Positions 17,950 to 28,200 are shown, counted from the first letter of the stretch. The stretch is DNA of 64,000 nucleotides from an archaeon UBA583 (GCA_002506365.1 DAXK01000032.1:17269-81268); one strand, 5' to 3'. Numbers and translations: made by a program. Notes: generated by a model not told the origin, from the sequence alone.

Positions 17950-20900
17950 TTAACTCTCACCACCCGAAAACTCATTAGTATAAAGCATATACTGTTTTCC
18001 AGCCAACTCAACAAAAATACTCCCTAAATCATTAAATCCTGAAATATCACTTCCTAAATCATATTCCTTTTTAGTTATTGGATCAAAAAATATTACCTTA
18101 TGAACATTATTAACATTATCTAAATAAGTTGTATAAATTCCATTTGATAAACTATAAAAAGTTCTCGAAATAGCATTATAAGTAGGATAAGTTAAAGTTG
18201 AAACTAAACTATAATTCATAATAGAATTATTGAAATAATGTAATTCATAAAAATAATCCCAATCCATATTTCTATACTCATTAACTAAATACAACTCCCC
18301 ATTTGTAACAATTGCTTTTAAATCTGATATTTTTGAATTAATTGGTGAAATTCCATAAATATTTGTCCCATCAAAATAACCAATATTATCTCCATCCTCC
18401 TCGCCCGAATAAATAAAAAATAATTTATTATCATAAACAAATAAATATTTAAATTGACCTGAAACATCAACTCCTCCAAAATCATTATTTAAAATACTTA
18501 TACTTGAACCATCATAAGACACTAAAGTATAATCTGAAAATCCAGAAACTCTTGCCACAAAATACATCTTCCCATTATACTCTGTAAATTTTTGTGGATA
18601 TGAATCTGCTGAACCAGTCGATAAATCTGAAACTCTTATAGCAGACGCACCATCATATTTATATAATTCTTTACCAAAAGAACTTGAAGATTCTCCTGAA
18701 AAATACATATTCCCTTCAAAATTAAATAAATTACTTGGTGAACCACTACTAGAACCCGATTTTAAATCAACCGCAAGATTTGTAACATTTCCATCAAGCC
18801 TAAATAATTCAGTCCCATAACCTGAAACTCCATCAGTAAAATATAATTTTCCATCATAAAAATGTAAAACATCAGGTGAACTATAACTAATAACACTTTT
18901 ATCTCCAATTTTATTATAATTGTTTGAATTATCTATTTCATAAATCTCTTCTGCTGCAGTTAAATATAATTTTCCATTTTCAATTACAAAATTATCAGGA
19001 TCTGAACCATACTCCTCACCATTATAATCAACTAACAAACTAACATTATTAGAAACTAAATCATAAACATAAACTTCACGCCCATATTGACTATGATCAC
19101 CAGTAAAAACAAAATCATTAACATCAACTCCAGAATAAAATGAACTAAAAGTCATATCATCAAAACTCAATCCAATATTTCCAAGCTCAGAAGCATTATG
19201 TAAAACATTTAAATTATCAATATAATATAAATTCACAGTTGAATGTAATGAAGAAGTTGTAAAAAAAACCTTATCATCAAAAAAAGTTAAATCATCAGGA
19301 GTAGAACCACTCAAACCAGACTTCAAATCAAGATTACTCCAAATAGAACCATCATAAATATATAATTCATTTCCAATCCCATCATCATTTTCTCTACCAC
19401 TAAAATATAATTTATTATTAATAATTGCTGAATCTTTATAATAATCAAAATCTTTAATATCAATAACATCTAAACTTGAGTTTAATTTTCTTATAAAATC
19501 ATTATTAGTTCTAAAATATAACTCTCCAGCAATTTCCCCAATAAAAGCAGGTGCAGATTGCCCAGAACCTACAATAATATCCTTAACTATTGTTGAATAA
19601 GTTTCCCCATCACTCCTATAAATTTCAGTCCCAGTAGTAGGATGTCTATGCGTAAACAAAATTTCATTATTATATTTTGTAATATCGTAAATTCCATAAG
19701 TATGTGTTGCAAAAGTATAAGATTTTACAACATCAGTTCCATTAAAAGAATAAAATGAACTTTGTGAAGGAGAAAAACTTTGAGCTCCAAAATACATTTT
19801 TCCATTTAATTCAACAAAACCACTAGCATCACCCATCAAAGTTGCTTGAGAACTATCAGTTACTTCAACTAAATTAGTTCCATCAACTCTAAATAAATTA
19901 GCATTTGAATTTGTAGTAGGATAATCCATTAAAATATACTCTTCCCCCCCATAGGTGAAAATTTCATTAATTGAACCAGCTTCCCTTCCACCATCAATAG
20001 TCATCTCAGTTAAAACACCTGATTTATATTTATATAATTTATAAGGTCTTGGAAAATTATATTTTATATATAATGAACCATCATTTGATTTCCCTTCAAC
20101 AATTGGATTTGAATCTTTTGTTTGAAAATTTAAATTTTTTTCTAAATTAAAACTTGAACCATCAAAACTCATCAATTCATTACCTGAACTAGCAAGACCA
20201 CCTGGAAAATATAATTTACTATTAAACATTCCAGTTTTTAATTCTCTTAAGTAATATTCATTAGTTGTAATTGAATTATAATTATCTAATTGAATATTAC
20301 TTAAATCCATATTAATCGTACTAAAACTAGCTAAAGAATAACTTTGTAAAGCATCAATAGCAGTCATAAAAGTTTCCAAAACATCTACGTCCTCCTCAAA
20401 ATAAAATTCCATATAACAAGAATCCCCATTAGGACTAAAACCTCCAAAAGATACTAAAACTTCATCATTATTTTCAAAATATTTATTAAAAGGAAGTTTA
20501 ACAAAATTATTTAATTCCACATAAGGATATGAAAAATAATTTTCATATTCTTTAGCTTCATTCTCCGTATAACCTTCAAAAGTAGTAGGACTATAAAATG
20601 CTCCTTCAGTATAAGGAAAAGTCCCATACTCCCCCAAAGAATCAAAATCTGTAGATTGTGTAAATGTAATACTTACATCATTATCACCACAATCTGATTT
20701 TACATAAACACTTGATAAAGTAACATCATCATTAAATGAAAATTTCATTTTCCCAAAACCATTAGAACTTAAATTTAAATTTACTCTAACAGTGTTATGC
20801 CCTTCAAAAGTTTCTAAACTATAATCATATTTCATAATCGGAGGTGGTGGTGGAGGTGGAATTCCCTCACCATCCCAAACAGAAGATATAACATAAGTAT

Positions 20901-21414
20901 AATTAGCAACATAATTAGCTAAATTATCTAACGGATATAAATCCCCTGCTGAAATATTATTTGAACCTGAATTCAAACTAACAATTTCAGTATCAATAAA
21001 CTCATAAGTTTCAAAAATTCCAAAATCTGTAAAAACAACAACATTTGCTTTAGCTGAAGAAACATTTTTTAAACAATCAGCCAAATTAATTTTTGAAAGA
21101 CCTGAAAAACTTGCTGAAACATTATCACACTCAACACCATTAATTTCAATTTTATTAATAGTTGAATTTTGTCCAGCATTAAAATAAAAAACATCTCCAA
21201 CTAACTCCTGTGAACTAATTTTACCCAAACTACCACTAGCTCCCGTAAAATCTCCTTGAACTTCAGCATCCACAAACAACTGCGATGAAAAATTACCAAA
21301 CCAACCTTGAAAAAACACTACTGAACTAACAGCAACAACTAACATCAAACTCATTGCAACAACAGGACTTATCCCTTTTTTAAAATTATTATTCAAACAT
21401 ATCATACAATACAC
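17950..21414 (-). CDS. Archaeal type IV pilin-like (class III signal peptide) giant adhesin with poly-Pro linker and beta-propeller-type repeats
   Basis: KKGISPVVAMSLMLVVAVSSVVFFQGWF N-terminus. GIPPPPPPPI linker. Recurrent blade-like motifs GTEIYRSDG, GNELYIYDG, GREVYVYD, GTELFRLDG, GKELYKYDG. Confidence 0.85.
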   Translation of the reverse strand: MYCMICLNNNFKKGISPVVAMSLMLVVAVSSVVFFQGWFGNFSSQLFVDAEVQGDFTGASGSLGKISSQELVGDVFYFNAGQNSTINKIEINGVECDNVSASFSGLSKINLADCLKNVSSAKANVVVFTDFGIFETYEFIDTEIVSLNSGSNNISAGDLYPLDNLANYVANYTYVISSVWDGEGIPPPPPPPIMKYDYSLETFEGHNTVRVNLNLSSNGFGKMKFSFNDDVTLSSVYVKSDCGDNDVSITFTQSTDFDSLGEYGTFPYTEGAFYSPTTFEGYTENEAKEYENYFSYPYVELNNFVKLPFNKYFENNDEVLVSFGGFSPNGDSCYMEFYFEEDVDVLETFMTAIDALQSYSLASFSTINMDLSNIQLDNYNSITTNEYYLRELKTGMFNSKLYFPGGLASSGNELMSFDGSSFNLEKNLNFQTKDSNPIVEGKSNDGSLYIKYNFPRPYKLYKYKSGVLTEMTIDGGREAGSINEIFTYGGEEYILMDYPTTNSNANLFRVDGTNLVEVTDSSQATLMGDASGFVELNGKMYFGAQSFSPSQSSFYSFNGTDVVKSYTFATHTYGIYDITKYNNEILFTHRHPTTGTEIYRSDGETYSTIVKDIIVGSGQSAPAFIGEIAGELYFRTNNDFIRKLNSSLDVIDIKDFDYYKDSAIINNKLYFSGRENDDGIGNELYIYDGSIWSNLDLKSGLSGSTPDDLTFFDDKVFFTTSSLHSTVNLYYIDNLNVLHNASELGNIGLSFDDMTFSSFYSGVDVNDFVFTGDHSQYGREVYVYDLVSNNVSLLVDYNGEEYGSDPDNFVIENGKLYLTAAEEIYEIDNSNNYNKIGDKSVISYSSPDVLHFYDGKLYFTDGVSGYGTELFRLDGNVTNLAVDLKSGSSSGSPSNLFNFEGNMYFSGESSSSFGKELYKYDGASAIRVSDLSTGSADSYPQKFTEYNGKMYFVARVSGFSDYTLVSYDGSSISILNNDFGGVDVSGQFKYLFVYDNKLFFIYSGEEDGDNIGYFDGTNIYGISPINSKISDLKAIVTNGELYLVNEYRNMDWDYFYELHYFNNSIMNYSLVSTLTYPTYNAISRTFYSLSNGIYTTYLDNVNNVHKVIFFDPITKKEYDLGSDISGFNDLGSIFVELAGKQYMLYTNEFSGGES

Positions 21415-21561
21415 ACCTACTTAAATATAATCTATACTAACATAAAATATTTATAAATTATTTTTATTTATTCCAATGACAAAACAAAATAAATTAAAAT
21501 AAAAAATGAATATAGAAATAAAAAATGAATATAGGAATAAAAAAATAATTAAAAATATAAT

Positions 21562-23730
21562 TTAATTTTCTTTAACAAATAACTTATCAATCATTTCAAC
21601 AAAACTAGTTGAACTAGTTAAATGAGCTAAATTCCCTTCAGATGTTTTCTCAACTGAACTACTAAGCTCACTTGAAAACCCAATAGACCCACATTCTAAA
21701 ACATCATGAGTTGAACTACTTAAAATTGAAGAAATAATTTTTCTATACTTATTTTCATTTAAATCATTTAAACAAATTGCTGTTAAATTATTCATATAAA
21801 AAAAAGAATCTCCCAAATCTCTACTTTTCCTATCAAAACCAGAATGAGTATCAATAAAATCCTTATGCTCAGAACTTAAAGAAGAAATTCCACTCCAATC
21901 ATTCTTTAAAACCATTAAACTTTTATCAATTATTTCCTCCCACTCAGACCTTAAAAATAAATCTGGAAAAAAATAATAAGCTGAAAAAACATCATAAGTA
22001 ATTTTTTCCAAACTTAAACTAGAATATAAATTTCCACCCCTAACAAAACTAGATTTAATTTTTAATTTCAATAAATTTTCAAAATCTAAAAATTTCTCAA
22101 CATCCATATCTGAACCTACAATTTTACCCAAAAATGCCATAAAAGAAGAAAAACTCAAAAATAAAACTTGGACATTTAAAGGAAACTTATCAAAACAATT
22201 ATCTCTAAAACCATTTAAATTTTTAACCTTAATTAATTCATTATCAAAATCCCAATTATACTTCACTATATTTAAAAAACTTGAATTTAACTTTCTATAA
22301 ATTAATAATAACTCATCATTTGAATAAACTTTATGTAACTCATCTCTATCAATTAAATAATATAAAAAATCTTCAATTCTTTTACCCAATAAAAAAACAA
22401 TATCACAATTACTCTCATTATCTCTCGACAATAAATTTTTCAAACCTCCAGTTTTAGAATCTATATTTTTTAAATAAAAATCAATCCTACTTTTAACTAA
22501 ACCAACTTCCCCCAAATTAATTAAAGCTCGAAGTCCAAAAATATCATCCCTAGCCCAAACATTTGAAAAATAAGGATAACCTGCAAAACTCCCAATACCA
22601 ACATACTTATTTTTTAATTCAACATTTAAAAATTTATAACAAGCAGCACAAGATAAATCATAAGCAACTTTCACTTTCTCAGATAACGGTTTTTCAAAAT
22701 TAATATTTGAAATATTTTCAAAAAAATTTAAAGTTTCATTATTTGAAATATCTTCAACCTCAATTTGATGTTTTTCCAATAATTCAATTTGAGATTTAAC
22801 CTCATCTAAACTAAACCCACAACCAAAAAATAATTTTTTATTATTTAAAATATTAACTTGCATCAACCTATAAACTGACCATTTCCAATCAGATTTTTGT
22901 AATCTTGTAAATTCATAATGTTTTGTAACAAATTTTTCAACTAAATCATAAGCAAAATTTTGAGCTTTAACCCCTAAAAATTGTTTGTATGAATACTTCC
23001 CATTATTTTTTGTAAACTCAACATACACAACACCATCTTCAGTAAAAGTTTTATAATCTCTCCCTGACTTATTAAAATCATTTTTCTTCTTCATATCTAA
23101 ATCAATATTTAAAGTTCCCTCAAAGTTTGAAATTTCATAAATTAAACCCCCTGTAGGACCTACAAAAAAAGAATCCTTTGTGCAACTTTTATCTTTTGAA
23201 AAAAAATTATTAGTAGAATCTAAATAATCACTTGGAGTTTCATCATCTGAATAAGTATAATTTAATTCCTCAGTAAATTTAGACTTAAAACTTCTCTCAA
23301 CTCTATTTCCAAAATAACTAACTTTATCAACATCAACTCCAACTGGAAAAATTGATTCAACAAATTTAAATATCTCAACAGTTGAACTCTTACAAACATT
23401 AAATCCTTGATACTTACAAGAATTAGAACTAACTCCCAAATTTAAAAAATCCCCTTTAGAATTAGTAAGTAAAAAATTTAAATTTAAAAGATCTTTTTCA
23501 GAAATCTGTTTAAATGTGTGATTTTTCTTACCCAAAACATAATCTATAATCATAATAATAAATATAAAATTATTAATTAAATATAAATGTCGAAATTCAA
23601 AAATGACAAGAACAAATACCACTAAAAAAAAATACAAAACCCCAATTCTTAATTTATCAGTCAAAACTAAAACTAAAAAACAAATTACACAAATAAATAA
23701 TATAAAGTTATAATTTAGTATAACAAACAC
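21562..23730 (-). CDS. Amylo-alpha-1,6-glucosidase (glycogen debranching enzyme C-terminal domain)-like protein
   Basis: AGYPYFSNVWARDDIFGLRAL resembles the GDE_C motif (G.P.F...W.RD). The first 59 codons are extremely hydrophobic and AT-driven. An alternative start at 23553 (MIIDYVLGKK) would leave room for divergent promoters. Confidence 0.55.
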   Translation of the reverse strand: MFVILNYNFILFICVICFLVLVLTDKLRIGVLYFFLVVFVLVIFEFRHLYLINNFIFIIMIIDYVLGKKNHTFKQISEKDLLNLNFLLTNSKGDFLNLGVSSNSCKYQGFNVCKSSTVEIFKFVESIFPVGVDVDKVSYFGNRVERSFKSKFTEELNYTYSDDETPSDYLDSTNNFFSKDKSCTKDSFFVGPTGGLIYEISNFEGTLNIDLDMKKKNDFNKSGRDYKTFTEDGVVYVEFTKNNGKYSYKQFLGVKAQNFAYDLVEKFVTKHYEFTRLQKSDWKWSVYRLMQVNILNNKKLFFGCGFSLDEVKSQIELLEKHQIEVEDISNNETLNFFENISNINFEKPLSEKVKVAYDLSCAACYKFLNVELKNKYVGIGSFAGYPYFSNVWARDDIFGLRALINLGEVGLVKSRIDFYLKNIDSKTGGLKNLLSRDNESNCDIVFLLGKRIEDFLYYLIDRDELHKVYSNDELLLIYRKLNSSFLNIVKYNWDFDNELIKVKNLNGFRDNCFDKFPLNVQVLFLSFSSFMAFLGKIVGSDMDVEKFLDFENLLKLKIKSSFVRGGNLYSSLSLEKITYDVFSAYYFFPDLFLRSEWEEIIDKSLMVLKNDWSGISSLSSEHKDFIDTHSGFDRKSRDLGDSFFYMNNLTAICLNDLNENKYRKIISSILSSSTHDVLECGSIGFSSELSSSVEKTSEGNLAHLTSSTSFVEMIDKLFVKEN

Positions 23731-23740
23731 AACTTAAAAA

Positions 23741-24193
23741 ATGGGAAATTCTATATTTGGAGATTCAAAAGATGAACACAGCGAAGCATTTACAAAAATT
23801 GATACACACTCCAAAGCAATATTAACAGTTACACAAAGACAAAAAGATTTAGAATCAAAATTAGATTTAATTGACGAAAAAATTGAATTACTCGACCACA
23901 ACTCAATCTCAAATATTAAAAAAATTAATTCAGACATTAAATCATTAAGAACTGACATGAGAGATTTAACAAATGATTTAAACGAAATGAAATCATTTAA
24001 CTCAAAAGTTAAAAAACAAATTTCACTAATGACTACAAAAGATGAAGTTAAAAAACTAGAAAAATATATTGACTTATGGAATCCTATGACTTTTGTAACA
24101 AGAGAAGAACTAAAAAAATCAAAAGAAGAAACATTAGATGCAATTAAAGAAATCATCGGCGATTTTTTAGAACCAAATAAAAATGAAAAATAA
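23741..24193 (+). CDS. Coiled-coil protein, unknown function
   Basis: 150-aa charged heptad-like sequence. Preferred over the antisense low-complexity S/F-rich ORF 23734..24156. Confidence 0.55.
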   Translation: MGNSIFGDSKDEHSEAFTKIDTHSKAILTVTQRQKDLESKLDLIDEKIELLDHNSISNIKKINSDIKSLRTDMRDLTNDLNEMKSFNSKVKKQISLMTTKDEVKKLEKYIDLWNPMTFVTREELKKSKEETLDAIKEIIGDFLEPNKNEK

Positions 24194-24205
24194 TTTAATC
24201 AAAAA

Positions 24206-24748
24206 TTAATTTTGATTAAATTCAGGTTGAATTTTTCTCTCAATAGTTTTCCCAAATACTTCAGACACAATCCAGAATTCAGAATTTAAATCCTTAATAT
24301 ATAAAACAGTAGGAACCTCATAATCTCCTGCTTGAACTAAACCACTAGCAACACAATGATCTTCACCCTTAAAAATTTCAATTCCTAAAATCTCAAAAGC
24401 AACAGAAACTGATTCATCAACTTGTTGATCTAAAGTAGTTCCCTCAATACACCAATCAGCTAAAGCTACATTCTCAGCACCAGACACATCAACATTTGAC
24501 TCAACAACAATTGAACCATCATCTTCAAACTTAGCTGTTGCTGAAGTATCACCAGTTTGAGCAGTAACCGAACCATCCTCATTTAAAGTTGCACTAGCAT
24601 CTCCATTTTCAGACTCTACAGTTAAAGTATTATCTTCAACTTGAACTCCATCAACACCAGACAAATTATCTTCAACTTGAACTCCCGCGCTACAACCTGC
24701 AAAAACAAGCATAACTAAACTTAATAATAAAAAATTTAAATTTTTCAT
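24206..24748 (-). CDS. Putative acidic lipoprotein
   Basis: Lipobox-like LVMLVFAGCSAG. Internal repeat GVQVEDN x2. Confidence 0.65.
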   Translation of the reverse strand: MKNLNFLLLSLVMLVFAGCSAGVQVEDNLSGVDGVQVEDNTLTVESENGDASATLNEDGSVTAQTGDTSATAKFEDDGSIVVESNVDVSGAENVALADWCIEGTTLDQQVDESVSVAFEILGIEIFKGEDHCVASGLVQAGDYEVPTVLYIKDLNSEFWIVSEVFGKTIERKIQPEFNQN

Positions 24749-24770
24749 AACAACACAATAAAAAAATAGA

Positions 24771-24793
24771 TTAAAAATAAATGTAACCTTAAC
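24771..24793 (-). promoter_or_regulatory. TATA-like box plus GTTAAGGTTACAT motif
   Basis: TATA 23-32 nt upstream of the ATG at 24748. The adjacent motif resembles CTTWAAGTTACAA. Confidence 0.25.
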
Positions 24794-24887
24794 TAGTTAC
24801 AAAAAATACATAAAACTGAAACTAGAAAATAAAAACTTTAAAGTTTCAATCAAACAATATAAAAAAGAATAATCATTAACTTAAACT

Positions 24888-25388
24888 ATGCCAAAAAGAA
24901 TTATCTCAAAAAGAAGAAAAAATAGGATAGAAGATGGTTCAAGAGATATCTACGGAACAATTATTGTATTAGCATTAATTGTATCATTTGAACACTATCA
25001 AATAACTCCAATTAAAATGTTAATATCCATAATTGGAACTCTTTTAGTAATTGCAATTGCTGAAACCTATGTAATTACCCAAAAAGAATCATACTATAAA
25101 AAAAGAAGACTTACAAAAGATGAATTTAAACACATTGTAAAACACGAATTTCAAATTATGATAGCTTCAGAAATACCAGTATTAGTATTTGTGCTCCAAC
25201 ACTTTAACCTAATAACAATTGAAACTGCATTCACTCTTGCAAAAGCATTAGGACTCCTTACAATATTTAGTTTTAGTATGGTAATAGAAAGAGCAATGAA
25301 AAAACCATGGATAAAATCAATTTTATTATCTTTAGTATCCACAGGAATTGGATTATTAATAATCGGACTAAAAATACTAACAAAATAA
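24888..25388 (+). CDS. Membrane protein (about 4 TM), unknown function
   Basis: 166-aa ORF with a basic N-terminus and hydrophobic helices. Confidence 0.55.
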   Translation: MPKRIISKRRKNRIEDGSRDIYGTIIVLALIVSFEHYQITPIKMLISIIGTLLVIAIAETYVITQKESYYKKRRLTKDEFKHIVKHEFQIMIASEIPVLVFVLQHFNLITIETAFTLAKALGLLTIFSFSMVIERAMKKPWIKSILLSLVSTGIGLLIIGLKILTK

Positions 25389-25446
25389 ATTAACTTCCAA
25401 ATAAATACCAAATAATATAAATAAAAATAATCATAATTAAATAAAA

Positions 25447-25908
25447 ATGGAAAACACTGAATTTAAAACATTTGAAATAAATTTTGAAAATCAAATTGAA
25501 AAGTTACAAGATTACTATAATCAAAATAAAGCAGTTCAAAAAAAAATTAATTTACAAGATGAAATTAATAAATACCCAACTGAAAATAAAGAATTTATCT
25601 TAAATACAAAAGATGAATTTAGAGGTCTAATTGCCAAATATCTTCAAAATTCAATTCAAACTAATGAAAGTTTACAAGTTTATTGCTTAACAATTACAAA
25701 ACAAATGCTTGGAACAATTGGAATAATTAATTTTTTATTTAACCAAACTTTAAACATTAAAGATAAATCTATTGATAATGAAAAAAGAAAATTATACTTT
25801 AACCTAAATAAAGAATTTAAAGATAAATATACTGAAAGATTCATCTATGATATGTTTAAAGAAGAACTATTAAGAATTTGTAAATTAAACGGAATAATCT
25901 TGAGTTAG
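25447..25908 (+). CDS. Hypothetical protein
   Basis: 153-aa ORF with no recognisable motif. Confidence 0.45.
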   Translation: MENTEFKTFEINFENQIEKLQDYYNQNKAVQKKINLQDEINKYPTENKEFILNTKDEFRGLIAKYLQNSIQTNESLQVYCLTITKQMLGTIGIINFLFNQTLNIKDKSIDNEKRKLYFNLNKEFKDKYTERFIYDMFKEELLRICKLNGIILS

Positions 25909-25960
25909 TTCAAGATTAAATTAATTCTAAATTACATTAATTCAAAATAATAAATATAAA

Positions 25961-26257
25961 ATGACTAAAAATACAAAAGTTACAATTGAAGATTTTTTAG
26001 CACCATTTAATTGGGAAATCAGAGAAATCATCGACAACATATCAGGAGAAATATTTCAAGAATTTCCAAACATTAAAGAAAAAATATCTAATTCTAAAAT
26101 TATTTACAAAGACCCCGAATTTGGAAACTTTTTACAAATAAAAGCAAACGATAAAATTGTAACAATTTCTCACCTTAAAAATAAAATCTCTAAAGAATTT
26201 AAATCCCACACAGAAATAAACTTACAAGAATTAAAACTATTCTTCAAATCAAAATAG
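25961..26257 (+). CDS. Hypothetical small protein (possibly DUF1801/YdhG-like)
   Basis: 98-aa ORF with only weak resemblance to that family. Confidence 0.4.
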   Translation: MTKNTKVTIEDFLAPFNWEIREIIDNISGEIFQEFPNIKEKISNSKIIYKDPEFGNFLQIKANDKIVTISHLKNKISKEFKSHTEINLQELKLFFKSK

Positions 26258-26276
26258 TAAATAAATTATATTAAAA

Positions 26277-26477
26277 TTATTTATTATATAAAACTCTCTT
26301 AAAAATAACATCTGCCTTATGATCTAAATATTTATCTCCAAAATCTGAACGAAAAACATCTAAATTATCTTCAATATCTCTTTTTAATTCCCTAATTATA
26401 TCTACATTAGTTGTATCAATCTCTCCAAACTTATTTTTCAAATCCAAAATAATTTTATCTCGCACATTATTATCCAT
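26277..26477 (-). CDS. Hypothetical small protein
   Basis: 66-aa ORF immediately upstream of, and co-directional with, the helicase gene. Confidence 0.4.
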   Translation of the reverse strand: MDNNVRDKIILDLKNKFGEIDTTNVDIIRELKRDIEDNLDVFRSDFGDKYLDHKADVIFKRVLYNK

Positions 26478-26494
26478 TTTTATATTACATTAAA

Positions 26495-27847
26495 TTATTT
26501 TAAACTACTCTTCCTCTTCTTTTTTTTATTAGCATTTTTAGCCTTTAATAAATCAGTAATATCAACTCTAAAAACAGTATTAGAAGTTCCTTTATTTTTC
26601 ATATCCTTTTTCTTTTTATATTGAGGCTTAGCAGCAGAACCAGTAACAACTCTAGCCTTTTCTAAATGAAACTCATGTTTTTGCTGAACTAATTTTTTCC
26701 CAATAAAATCCTCTATATTATTTAAAAAATGTTTTTCCTCAGGACTACATAAACTATAACTATAACCCTTTTTACCGGCACGTCCACATCTCCCAATCCT
26801 ATGAACATAAACTTCAGCATTTGTAGGTAAATCAAAATTCACAACAGCCGACACATCATCAATATCTAAACCACGAGATCCTAAATCTGTAGCAATTAAA
26901 AACTTAGTATCCTTAAAAGAAATATTATTAATTACCTTATCTCTATGAACATCTGACTTTTGAGCATGTAAAGCTTCAGAATGAACTCCATTATTACTTA
27001 AATAACGAACTAAATTATCTGCTGACTTTCTTGAATTAATAAAAATTATAGCAGACTTTACTTCTTTTTTTTTCAAAATAGATAATAAAACTTTAAACTT
27101 ATTATCCTTAGATACATAAAATAACTCTTGAGAAATATTATCCGTTGAAATACTATCTCTTGAAATCTCAACACGAACAGGATTATCTAATAACTCATCA
27201 ATAATCTCAGTAACTTTTTCTGTAATAGTTGCTGAAAAAAATAAACTTTGTTTCTTTCTAGGTAACATACGAACAATTTTTTTTAATTCATAAATTGAAT
27301 CAATATCTAACATTCTATCGACTTCGTCCAAAACAAAATAATCAAGTGAAGATAAATTAAATAACTTCTCATCAATACAAGATAACAATTTACCAGGAGT
27401 AGCCACAATAATATCTACTCCATTTTCAACTCCAGAAATAATTTGAGAATTCTCAACTCTCCCAAAAACTCCAAGAGATGAAACATTAATATACTTTGAA
27501 AACTTTTCAATCTCAAGCACAATCTGTTGACACAATTCCCTATTTGGAACTAAAATAACTGAACGCACAGCTCCATTTTCAAGCGTTTTAGGCTCCTCAA
27601 GAATTTGTTGTAAAATAGGTAAAACAAAAGCAGCAGTTTTCCCAGTCCCAGTTTGAGCAAGACCTAAAACATCTCTACCTTGTAAAACATGTGAAATACT
27701 TTTCTCTTGAATTGGTGTAGGCTTTAAATAATTACAATCAACCAAAGCCTTTTGAATTGAATCATCTAAATTAAAATCTGTAAACTTTGTAAAATTTATT
27801 TGCAAAGGTTTAGAAATTCCTGATTCTAAATTATTTCCTAATTTCAT
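26495..27847 (-). CDS. DEAD-box ATP-dependent RNA helicase (motif II is DEVD)
   Basis: Q motif PTPIQ, AQTGTGKTAAF, PNRELCQQ, TPGKL, LDEVDRML, SAT, HRIGRCGRAGKKG. Lys-rich C-terminal tail. Confidence 0.9.
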   Translation of the reverse strand: MKLGNNLESGISKPLQINFTKFTDFNLDDSIQKALVDCNYLKPTPIQEKSISHVLQGRDVLGLAQTGTGKTAAFVLPILQQILEEPKTLENGAVRSVILVPNRELCQQIVLEIEKFSKYINVSSLGVFGRVENSQIISGVENGVDIIVATPGKLLSCIDEKLFNLSSLDYFVLDEVDRMLDIDSIYELKKIVRMLPRKKQSLFFSATITEKVTEIIDELLDNPVRVEISRDSISTDNISQELFYVSKDNKFKVLLSILKKKEVKSAIIFINSRKSADNLVRYLSNNGVHSEALHAQKSDVHRDKVINNISFKDTKFLIATDLGSRGLDIDDVSAVVNFDLPTNAEVYVHRIGRCGRAGKKGYSYSLCSPEEKHFLNNIEDFIGKKLVQQKHEFHLEKARVVTGSAAKPQYKKKKDMKNKGTSNTVFRVDITDLLKAKNANKKKKRKSSLK

Positions 27848-27885
27848 AATAAAATTAGTGATTATTCATTTATAAAGTATTATAA

Positions 27886-28026
27886 TTATTCACCCTTTGA
27901 CTCAACAACTAATTTAACAGTATTTGGATAATTTTCAATAATTTCCAAATCCTCTAAAGTTTTCTCACAATCCACCTTTTTAGCAAATTTATCAATCTCT
28001 TTAACCGATAACTTATGTTTTTTCAT
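27886..28026 (-). CDS. Possible 46-aa small ORF (MKKHKLSVKEIDKFAKKVDCEKTLEDLEIIENYPNTVKLVVESKGE)
   Basis: ATG..TAA frame read by eye in the gap upstream of the helicase gene. Below the ORF-track length cutoff, with no homology evidence. Confidence 0.25.
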   Translation of the reverse strand: MKKHKLSVKEIDKFAKKVDCEKTLEDLEIIENYPNTVKLVVESKGE

Positions 28027-28200
28027 AAAATAAAAATAAATAAAATAAATATATAACAATTTATAACAAAAAAATAAAATAAAAAATAACTACAAAAATT
28101 AAACCAATATAAATAAACTAAAAAAATAAGATTAAATAAATTTTAAATTATAATACAATAAAAAAATAAGTTAAAATAAATAAATAAATAAAAATATTAT

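Noticed and set aside
245-23730. Diversity-generating retroelement targeting the lectin or Ig-like surface proteins (known in some DPANN archaea)
   Set aside because: No reverse transcriptase ORF (no YxDD-containing protein) is present, and I could not see a template/variable repeat pair by eye. A computational TR/VR search would be needed to exclude it fully.
23734-24156. 140-aa minus-strand ORF overlapping 23741..24193
   Set aside because: Its Ser/Phe/Ile-rich low-complexity translation is typical of the antisense frame of a Lys/Glu-rich coiled-coil gene. The plus-strand reading looks like a genuine protein.
25151-25411. 86-aa ORF antisense to the membrane protein gene 24888..25388
   Set aside because: It is an antisense shadow ORF. 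The plus-strand gene has coherent TM helices.
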